Positions 54,232 through 64,000 of a stretch of 64,000 nucleotides of DNA are shown here, piece by piece. The first letter of the stretch is position 1. Every line of letters starts with the position of its first letter. The DNA lies in the NCBI GenBank assembly GCA_951406725.2, contig OX597814.1, positions 125,860,001 through 125,924,000 of the forward strand, in the 5' to 3' direction. This stretch comes from Octopus vulgaris. Taxonomy: Eukaryota. The notes under the pieces were generated by a model that was not told the DNA's origin, ran no database searches, and saw nothing but the letters and a program-made list of their open reading frames with translations. The translations under genes were made by a program, and so were the position numbers.

Positions 54232-54663
54232 TTTAAGATATCGCACAGTATCCAATATTGTGATGTTGATTGAAGATATTGTGTCTGCCAGGGGTTTCCA
54301 CTGTCTGTCAAGTCACAAAAGGATCTCAGACAGACAGTACATTATGCAATATGCATGCTGTTCCAGGTAATGCTGATTTTTGCAATACACCTAGATTGTA
54401 GGGTGTTTTTAAAGTTTCCAGATGTTTCTTCAGGTTGGGTGGTATTGAACCCAATGCTCCAACGAGAATAGGGACAGCCTTTATGTTTGACACTCATAGC
54501 TGCTACATCTTGGTGATCTCAATTGTCAGGTCTCCATATTTATCAGTCTTTTCCATTTCTTTCATGATAATATGTTGATCTCCTAGCACTGCCATGTCGA
54601 TTATTAGGCATTCTTGTTTGTCCCTCCTAAAGGTTACTATGTCTGGCCTTTGGTATTCTAACA

Positions 54664-54664
<1 letters not shown>
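54232..54664 (-). mobile_element. 5'-truncated R4/Dong-like non-LTR retrotransposon (restriction-like endonuclease domain)
   Basis: RPDIV..CLIIDMAV.GD..KEMEK.DKY.DL..EI..VPILVGALGSIP..L..LQKSAL.GTA.IL..VL; (TAA)n on both sides. Confidence 0.85.
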
Positions 54665-54702
<38 letters not shown>

Positions 54703-54705
<3 letters not shown>

Positions 54706-54915
54706 GGCAGCTAGCTGGCAGAATTGTTAGCATGCCAGGCAAGATGCTTAGTGGCATTTCATCCATTTGTATGTTCTGATTTCAAATCCTGCCAAGATTG
54801 ACTTTGCGTTTCATCCTTTCAGGTTCAATAAAATAAGTACCAATTGAACATTGGGGTCAGTGTAATCACCTTAGCCCCTCTCCCAAACCTGCTAGCCATG
54901 TGCCAAAATGTGGAA
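54703..54915 (+). mobile_element. SINE family D, full length
   Basis: AAGGCAGCTAGCTGGCAGAATTGTTAGC..TTCAAATCC..TTTCATCCTTTCAGGTTCAATAAAATAAGTACC. Confidence 0.8.
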
Positions 54916-55778
54916 CCTTTTTCACCCTTTATTCCTCATTTAATCTTCAGCTCACAAGTATCATCTACATACAACTTAAGCACCTCATGTTAAATTTACA
55001 TTTCACGAGCAGTAACTTCAAAAACATCTTCCAATGCAGTCATACCAATCTTTTCTCTTTCAACAACACGAGGCAAAGTCACCAAACATCTAGAAAGCAT
55101 TATTGTGCCCTACTCTACCTAAACATGAGCAGATTAGGAGAGTCAGCATAGGCTACTTGCATGGTCACCAACTCCCTTCATCAAACTAAGAAAATGAAAT
55201 TCTGATGAATGATTGCTGGCACGACTATTTTCAATAGAGAGAGGGGATTGGTTTGTTACTAGGAGAGGTTGTAAAATGAGTTAGAGAGAGTGGTGGAGGG
55301 AAGAATTATGATAATTATGAAGAATTTATTTACACTATCTGTCAAGCAGATTTATTGATTTTCTCACTCTCTTCTTTAAGTTAGATTAAGTATATAATAA
55401 ATTATCTCAGGTCATGATATATATAATTCATCAAATAGTTTTGTCTTCAACAAATAAATCTTGTTATAGAAAAATTTCTCTACTTTAGTTTTGATTTCCT
55501 TATCGTTTCTGAAGGAACAATATTTGTTGTTTTTGATTTGGTATATATTCCATTATTTCTTATAATTGCTTCAGTAATTAATGTTTTCTAACACATGGCC
55601 ACATGTTTTGGGTGAGTGATGTGGTCAATTAAATTGACTACAGTACTTGGTTAGTACTCATTTTATCAACCCCAATCAATGGCACAATATGGGTTTTGGC
55701 TGCCTTGTGTAACAACCAAATTGGCTGCCCTATCTCCTAAAGCATAATAAACCTTTGACTATAGCAAACACATATATA

Positions 55779-56671
55779 CTATGAGTACCAAAAAGTAATG
55801 TCATATTTTCAAGCAAATAATCTGTCATTCCACAAATAGTTTAGAAACCAAGGGTATCCTTGCAACCACCCAATTGATCAATTGCTAATATGGACACATG
55901 CTGTATGTATGTGTGTGTGTGTGTGTGTGTTTGTATGTAATAGTCCATGGAAGACAAGGCTTAGTGAGCTATGTATTCAGCATTACATGCTTTATGGATT
56001 TTATAAGGACAACAAAGCAACATACAGAAAGGAAAACATATACATGCATATCCTGATAGTGTAAGTGTTTGGAAATGCCAAAGGTGGTTTAACAAATTCA
56101 AAAATAGTGACTTCAATCTTTTGGAACTAGGAAGATCACCTGTTCTCAATAATGACACAGTGAAGACAGCAATTGAAGAGGATCTGTCAAAACATTTGGG
56201 ACTTATCCTGGAGTTTTAATAAACCTTGGTCCACTGTGTAAGGTCATCACTAGCAGACTGAGATTAGTAGATAGAGAAGAAAAGTGGGTACCTCATGAGT
56301 TGTCCTCTAAGAATAAAGCTGTGTGTTCTATAAGGTAAACCAAGAATAGATAAATTCATTAGACTTGAAAGTTCTACCTCACCCTTCCTGCTCACCAGAC
56401 CTAGTACCATCAGATTTTCAATTATTTGGGTGACTTGAATACCTTACCAATGGAAAAACATCCATGGGCAAGGACAATACTGAAGCAGCACTCCAAATGC
56501 TGTTCTTTTAAAGAATCTGGTTTTTTTGTTTTTTTGCCCAAGTAATCAGAAAACTAGTTTCAAGGTGGGGAAACAATGGCAATTATATTTTGAATTAATA
56601 AAACTATATATGTTTTATATAGATTTGAAATCATTACATGAAGTGTAACATTACTTTTTGGTACCTCCTAA
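55779..56671 (+). mobile_element. Internally deleted mariner (DD34D-type) transposon
   Basis: TIR core GTACCAAAAAGTAATGT / ACATTACTTTTTGGTAC; remnants IQHYMLY.F, CQRWFNKFKNSDFNL, KWVPHEL, LPHPSCSPDLVPSDFQLF. Confidence 0.85.
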
Positions 56672-58213
56672 TATAAAGTGGCCATCTTGGGTAGTCTGTA
56701 CCCCCCATGCCATGTCATTGAGCTCAAAGAGGAAGAAAAGATAAGTCTATCTTGGCAGGATTTGAAAATGAGACACAGTAACTAAATTCTGAAGGAAATT
56801 TTGTACAACACTTTACCAAATTCATAATCCACCACTACAAATTTGTTAACCATCACTCATTACTATAGTAGATATTGTTAACATTATTTTAACTTTCTTT
56901 TATCTGAATTTGTTGGTCTAACAATTTGGAATAACCAGAGATAACAAGAGAAAAATAAACATTAAAGGAAGGAAACTGTTAAAATTCTATAGTCAAATTT
57001 ACATTGTTAACATTAGGAAACATAACATTATTAAATAGTAGTTAATTAACTGGAATGGGAAAAAAATGGAAAGTTCTTTTTCTAACTTCCTGTAAATGGT
57101 GATTAGATATTTAAGTTTTGACTATGAAATCTATATCTCAACTCTTTGATGGCTTCAATTATTCAGTTCTTCATACACCATGCAAGAGACAAAAGAGAAG
57201 GTATTTGGGAAGAGATAATGTATTTGGAAAGAGGTAATCTATTAAAATAACATTATTTATTTATTTATTTTTGACTAAACTATTCAGTTGGCCATAAACA
57301 GTTCAATGTCAGAAGGTTAACACAATATTTTATTCAAACTAAAAATAAATTAAAAATTTTTATAAAGTTAGGCTTTAATTAACAAATTGGATTATGTGTT
57401 TTGGCAGTTGTGTAGAAAATGAAATAATAAATTTCTGAATTACTTCAAAGACTATTTTACCAAACTATCCAATATAGCAAAGCATCTCACCTTAATAGGG
57501 AAACTAGGAAATAATTCTTTAATACCCAAACTACGAAACATTTTAATATCCTAACTAGAAAAATATGTAAACTTCACATCCAAACTAGGAAAATATCTTA
57601 CACTAACATTATGAGGGAATGTATTACTACTATTTTAACAGATCCATCAGAGTGTTTACTCAACTTTTTCAAAAATCATGTCATGTATTGATTTTAAATT
57701 GATGATAATGTTTCTTTTTTTTTTTTAATTCATTACTTGATTCTTTTTTTAATAAATTAATTTTTAGAAAATGAATTTCCAGAGAATCAAAAAAGAAATT
57801 AATATAAATTAAAATGAAACAAAATTAGACATTGCTAATTAAATCAAAAGAGTTATGTAATCAATGAATGATAAATGTGATACAAAATATCTGAAATACA
57901 TAGAGGGATATGGGTGTGGTATAGAGAAAGGTTGAAAAATGTGGGAGATAAAGGATACAAATTTGGTAATAGATGACATGGTTGAGGAATTAATGAAAGA
58001 TGTAGCTGAGATACAATCAAATAAAAAAAAAACCCTGAAGTTTCTAAATATTCATTGGATTTCCTACTTACATTTGATGAATGTGGTTTAAGAGAAGAAC
58101 TGGCTGAAGGAAAGATCTGATGATTGAAAGAGAGGGAATACTATAGTGATATAAATACTGTTTACTCTGACATAATGTGTAAGGGAGATGCAGGTGGTGG
58201 TGGTGATGGTGAC

Positions 58214-58247
<34 letters not shown>

Positions 58248-58304
58248 ATAGTAGTAGTAAAAACATTTACTTCCTTTTCAAAGAGGAGAGGAATACAGCT
58301 TATT

Positions 58305-58500
58305 TTAGGATAGGAATATAACTGGCTGCAAGGTAAGAGTACAGCTTGTTGTAAGGTAGAAAAAAGTTAGCTGCTGATCAGGAGTATAGCTGGTTGTAGG
58401 GTTGAAGTATGGTTTGTTGTAGGGTGGAATATAGCTAGTTGTAGGGTAGAGTGGAGCTAATTGTAGGGCAGGAGTGGAGCTAGTTTTAGGTTAGGACAGC
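58305..58500. repeat. Degenerate ~22-bp minisatellite (~TAGCTGGTTGTAGGGTAGAGTA)
   Basis: Repeated TTGTAGGG/AGCT units. Confidence 0.7.
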
Positions 58501-59232
58501 TACTGTTGTTGCTGCTGAGTAACTCCTGTCCAATAAACTCTCTGGTACATTTAACAGGTGTAGTCTTAACTACTTTAGTAAACCACAGTCAATCTGATAT
58601 TGATAACATTATGCACTGTCTGACATGGTGATAGTGGTAGTCAATCTCTTGATTGAACCACAAATGCTGTTTCCATTGGTTTTATGAAATGCTGATACTA
58701 TTTATAGTTACAATTTCTGGCAGAAGTGTCATCATTTATTGATCATGGAGTGAGAGCAAGATTTGAACATAGAATGCACAGAGCTGGAATGGCTACTGTA
58801 AGGCATCATGACTGACTTTCTAACAATTTGGCCAATCCTCCACCCTAGACTGGTGCTAATTTTTTTTATTAACTGTGAAAGGTTGAAAGGTAAAGTTGAA
58901 CATGATAGGATTTTAACTCAGTGCACAGAAAGTCAGAACAAATATTGCCATGCATTGAGCTCAGCATTCTATTGACTTTGTCAAAATGAGTATATAAAAG
59001 TTATGATGCCTATTGAGACAGAAACATATGTCCACAGCTGTCCTCTTGTCTTCATATAATCAGATTATCTTTCACTTATTAATATATCAATTCTGGAGAA
59101 ATCTTGATACCGTTGTTTTATCTTTTCTGGAAGGGATGGTGATTTCAGATTGAAAAATTAACTTGTATAGTATCTAATATACCTTCATTCATTTGTTTGT
59201 GTGTATTTTGTGTGTATATTTATATATATACA

Positions 59233-60104
59233 CAGGGGATGGTGAATAACTTGTTGTCTAAATTACACAAAAATGAAAATAACACTGACACCTCATTTTA
59301 ACCAATATATTTACCGAAATGACATAAAAATATCTTGAAATACTAACGAGTAAATTTATTCAATAAAATCGCTATTGGCTTCAACCAGACAACTTGGAAA
59401 TCTCTTGCAACTCTTCTGGAGGGTCTCCTTGCGTAAGTTGGTGAATGCTGCCATAATCTTTGTATTCAGTTCATCTTCGGTATTAGGAGTTTAGTTGATA
59501 TCTCATTCAACTGTGCCCCACACATAATAATCAAGGGGTTTGCAGTGTGTGGAGTTAGGTAGCCCGATGTTAGCAGTGATGTGGTCACAGAAATTGTTTG
59601 ACAGCCATGACTGGGTTCTCCTGCTTGTGTAGCATGGTGCAGAGTCTTGTTGCCAGACACAGGGTCTTCCAGCAGCCACCCTCTTGACCCAGGGCAGCAT
59701 TACCTACTCCAGGCACTTCATGTAGTCCTCTATGTTGAGTGTGAGGCTGTGTGGGAAGATGAATGGTGGCATAATGTTGCCATTACTAGCAATAACTCCT
59801 AACAATATGATGTTAACTGGATGTTTGATTTGATTTTTATCACTCTCAGTACATGACTTCAGTTTGCACTGCCCTCAGATTGACACCCAGACACTCTGAA
59901 ATGTTCATACTGGGGCTTCCAGTGTGAATGCCAAGCAGTACTGCATGTCGTTTCCAAATTTCTAGCAGAGTGAATTGTGTCATGATGCTGTTTTTCTCAC
60001 AGACGATGTCCAACTGACCCTACAATACTGTGTAGTCGACAAAATCAAAAATAATGTGCAAAATTAAAAATATAAAATGGTGACAATTTATCCATCGCAC
60101 CTGG
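59233..60104 (-). mobile_element. Second DD37D (maT) copy with internal deletion
   Basis: Homologous to 19864-21170 at both ends; QQDSAPC...PLDYYVW has 37 residues between the 2nd and 3rd Asp; ~430 bp missing near 59855. Confidence 0.9.
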
Positions 60105-61096
60105 TATACACACGCACATACACACATACATACACATGTACATACTCACATACATGCACATTATTACATGCACACACACACACACACATTTGACTACATT
60201 TTTTTGTCTATTTTATTAATACAAGTCTTGCTGAAGCAAACGAACACCAGTCTCTTTGGATTCTGTTTTATCATAAATTTGTGTGTGAGATGACTGGTAT
60301 AGTCAAATGGTTAGAGAGTTGATATTGCAATCATGAGGTCATGGGTTAAATCCCACAATGCATATGTGAGCAAATGTCTTTTACCACAACCTGAGGACAG
60401 CACAAGCCTTGTGAGTGAAAATGAGTTGGTGAAACCTCTTTGAAAAAGTGTCAGATGGATAGTACATATAATTCACAGCACACAGTATTGTACTGATTCC
60501 TGCCAAAGTCATCTTTGCTTTTCCTTTCATTCCTTCATTACTGTACTGATGCCTAGCACCAGTCATGGTACTGGAATTGATTTGACTAAACTGCTTTCTC
60601 CAAATTTCAGGCCCTGCACCTATATTAGAAACGATTATTGGATTTCCACAATCAAACCTAGAACTTCCCTGTGTTACTGAAGTAGAGAGAAGAGTATTTA
60701 TTTGCAAACAGTTGTGAAAAGTCTACATACTTAATATAATAAACCTTTGATGTTAATTACTCAATTATACATCAGCATTTAAAACAATAGTTAATTTAGT
60801 GTTAATATATTTAATGTAGAGAAAATGAAAAGTCGTATTCGTATTAGAAATGTCTATATGATGAAGAAAGTAAACATTATATAAATATCTAATATATCAT
60901 TTGCAGCAAGTACAAGAGATAACTCTGGTCATCTTTTCATCTTATTAAGCCTCTTAAGTAAAGTGTATACACCATGATTCTTACTGAATATAGTGATGAG
61001 AAAATACTATGAAGGCCATGGTGTGAGTTACTTCCCTGTGATCAAAAAATAAAGGAAAATAAAATGTATCTCCTGCACAAGCAGATTTGTAAAAGT

Positions 61097-61339
61097 GGTT
61101 ATAGGAAATTTAGTTATAAACATTTTTGCTGTAGGAAAATTCATTGAAAGAAATTTCATTTTAAATGTCCTCATCATGTTTTTTTAATGTTTGACGTTTA
61201 ATAATGACTTGCCTATTTAAATACTTTTATAAAACCTTTTATCATTCTTTTATTTATTTTTAAAAAATGTTGATAAGCTTTGTGTTATGGCAAATTTTTC
61301 TATACGGCGAAATCTCTTACAGCAAATTTTCCAGACACA
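61097..61339. mobile_element. Possible MITE with ~15-bp subterminal repeats (GGAAATTTCGCCGTA-like)
   Basis: Left arm GGAAATTT../TTTTGCTGTAGGAAAATT, right arm TACGGCGAAAT../TACAGCAAATTTTCC in inverted orientation. Confidence 0.4.
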
Positions 61340-61984
61340 TGAAAAAGTAACATTCTTTCTTTGGTTGTTTGCTTAATACCTGTCTTTTTTTCATTCTTGC
61401 ATTGACAGGAACGTATCTGAAGTAGCATTATATGGTTAGATATTTTTCTTGTCACAGAATCCTTACCTGATTTTCATGTAACAGATTTTTTTCTTTATAC
61501 CACTGGGGTTCAAATCCACAAAGCAGCTAATCGTAATGGTGACTAGGAATATAAATATCATGCTACTGCTTTACTCAGGCATTAACAAGTGAACCCGTGG
61601 AATTTCTTCATTTCTGCATATATGTACACACACACGCATGCACACACACACATACTCGTGTGCATGTGTCTGTTTATATGTGCATGTGTGTGTATATTAT
61701 TATATGTAATTACTTTACCTCTCCTTTGAAATTTCTGGCTTTGTGCCAAAATTTGAAACCTTTATTATTATAATCCCTTAATTTTAGTCCTTGTGCCTAT
61801 AGTAAAAAGGATTATTATTATCAGGCACAAAAAGAAGGGAAAAGAGGCTTGACATGTCATATGCTAGTCCTTCATCAGAATAAATGAAAAACAAAAGTAC
61901 AAGATATTAATAGTTATTGCCAAGCTAACATGGCAGTCCAGAAAAATAGTACAAGAGGTGGTTGGAAAATAAGCTCTTAAATTC

Positions 61985-62538
61985 GATGACTGGCATCCGT
62001 GCTAGTGGTGCGCTAAGAGCACCATCCAAGTGTGATCGTTGCCAGAGCAGCTAACTGGCTTCCATGCCAGTGGCACGTAAAAAGTTCCATTCGAGCGTGA
62101 TCGTTACCAGCGTCGCCTTACTGGCACTTGTGCTGGTGGCACATGAAAGAAACATTCAAGTGAGGTCATTGCCAGTGCTGCTGGACTGGCTCCTGTGCAG
62201 GTGGCACGTAAAAAACACCATTTGAGTGTGGCCGTTGTGGCCCTTGTGCCTGTGGCATGTAAAAGCACCCATTACACTCTTGGAATGGTTGGCGTTAGGA
62301 AGGGCATCCAGCTATAGAAACTCTGCCAGATCAAGATTGGAGCCTGGTGCAGCCATCTGATTCGCCAGTCCTCAGTCAAATCGTCCAACCCATGCTAGCA
62401 TGTCCGCACTGGCAACCACCTCGCTCGAATGTTGTTTTCACATGCCCTGGCATGGAAGCCAGGTAGCTGCTCTGGTAACGATCACACTTGGATGGTGCTC
62501 TTAGCGTACCACTAGCAGACATTAAACGATGATGGTGA
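61985..62538 (+). mobile_element. Family B element with tandem modules and an internal inverted insert
   Basis: Reverse complement of 51205-51665; tail TTAAACGATGATG. Confidence 0.85.
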
Positions 62539-63299
62539 TTATATATATATATATAGATTTTGCAGCCACCAATTCCACTTTCAAAATATTGGTCAGTCTA
62601 GATCTGTGTTAGAAAGCACCGGCCCAATTTTCCACACAGTGGAACTGGACTCCAAACTAGATGGTCGTGAAGCAATCTTTTTATTGTCACACATCCGTGC
62701 CTTCACTGGGTATTTCAACAAAAAAATGTAATTTGCTGACAATTTTTTTTTTTTGGAGTATTCTATAATGAATATAACAAGCAGTTATTCAGAGCACTTA
62801 TCTAGATTACTGTGTATGACCCACTCTTTAGTGTTATAACTCAACTTTAATGACTTATAGAGAAGACTTGTAAAAAGTAATTATTTCAACTTTATTGAAT
62901 AAATCACTGTGTCCTCACACACTAGAATCTACTTAGTTATTTTTATCTGTAGAATATTACTTAATTTTCTATTATATAGCTTTTATCTATATATATATTT
63001 TAAAAATTAATTAGAGGCTAATGTTGATTTTAGTTATTAAGAATATTATCGCATTCACTAAACGAGTTGTGTGTTTATTTCTGATTAAACTTGTATTGAT
63101 TTTTACTTTATTAAAAATTCTGAGGCTTTCTGATGTCTTTTGTGTGTGGATGTATGTGACTATATGTATAAATATATTTGTAAGGATATACATATATGTG
63201 TGTGTGTGCATGTGTATGTGTGTGTCTGTAGACATGTATATATGTATGCACATGTATGTATATATGTATATATATACATGTATGTATATGTATATTATC

Positions 63300-63730
63300 C
63301 CCGTCTCTATCCTCTAGCCACTCTCCATTCACATTGTTATAAACTTAGTTATCAATTCACTTACCCTGTTCAATCCTTGGTGCTACTTACATTCACCAAT
63401 CTGTAACTTGAGACTACTTCCTGACACATCTTCACTACCATCTTGCCTCTTTTCTAACTGAGGTAGCCATGTAGCTCCTCTACAGCAAGACACCTGTTCC
63501 TGTCCCTCTTTCATACTTTGACCTCTCATTATGTGGCATAAAACCACCTCCCTCAATATTACACTTACCGTATTTGAAGGGTCGTGTCTTGTGAGTTACT
63601 TGGTGACCTCACAGGTGCTGCTGCTACATCAAAAAAGCACCCACTACACTGTGTAAAGTAGTGGCATTAAGAAGGGCATCCAGGTGTAGAAACCATGCCA
63701 ACATGGAAAAGGAACAGTAAATGATGCTGA
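63300..63730 (+). mobile_element. Family B element with pyrimidine-rich 5' extension
   Basis: AAGCACCCACTACACT..GAAGGGCATCCAGGTGTAGAAACCATGCCAACATGGAAAA. Confidence 0.65.
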
Positions 63731-63856
63731 TATATATATGCATATGTGTGTATGTGTGCATCATCATCACCATCATCATTTGACTACCATTTTCCATGCT
63801 ATCATGGGTTAGATAAATATGTGTATATAGATATATACACTTATGCACACACACAT

Positions 63857-63894
<38 letters not shown>

Positions 63895-64000
63895 GAATTG
63901 GTTATTGAATATATATATAAAGCTATAAAGAATAGCTCGTAAATATTGGTTAGATATTGACTAGAAAAAAGTCAGAGGCTGTCCATGGGACTTTTATTGT

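Overview
AT-rich, CpG-depleted, microsatellite-dense eukaryotic DNA with no intact protein-coding gene that I can recognise. The repeat families (tRNA/CORE-type SINE with an internal (TG)n, a second SINE containing CTTTCATCCTTT..GGGTCGATAAA, RTE LINE 3' ends with (GAT)n tails) match what I recall from octopus (coleoid cephalopod) genomes. That assignment is an inference, and the window is most likely intronic or intergenic. Nearly all long ORFs in the track are microsatellite artefacts. The real coding remnants are all transposon-derived: two DD37D (maT) Tc1/mariner copies, one internally deleted mariner, two different Penelope-like GIY-YIG fragments, two RTE LINE fragments and an R4/Dong-like RLE fragment sitting in (TAA)n. 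The most notable observations are (1) two copies of a Penelope-type terminal repeat carrying a minimal hammerhead-ribozyme fold with a shared non-canonical core (CUGUNGA, U in place of A6), (2) a young block at 29.2-30.3 kb with a perfect 163-bp direct repeat and an inverted copy of its own flank, (3) an isolated tRNA-Lys(UUU) 5'-half fragment inside (TA)n, and (4) several nested or inverted TE arrangements. I find no convincing new multi-gene system. Repeat boundaries are approximate and were read by eye.
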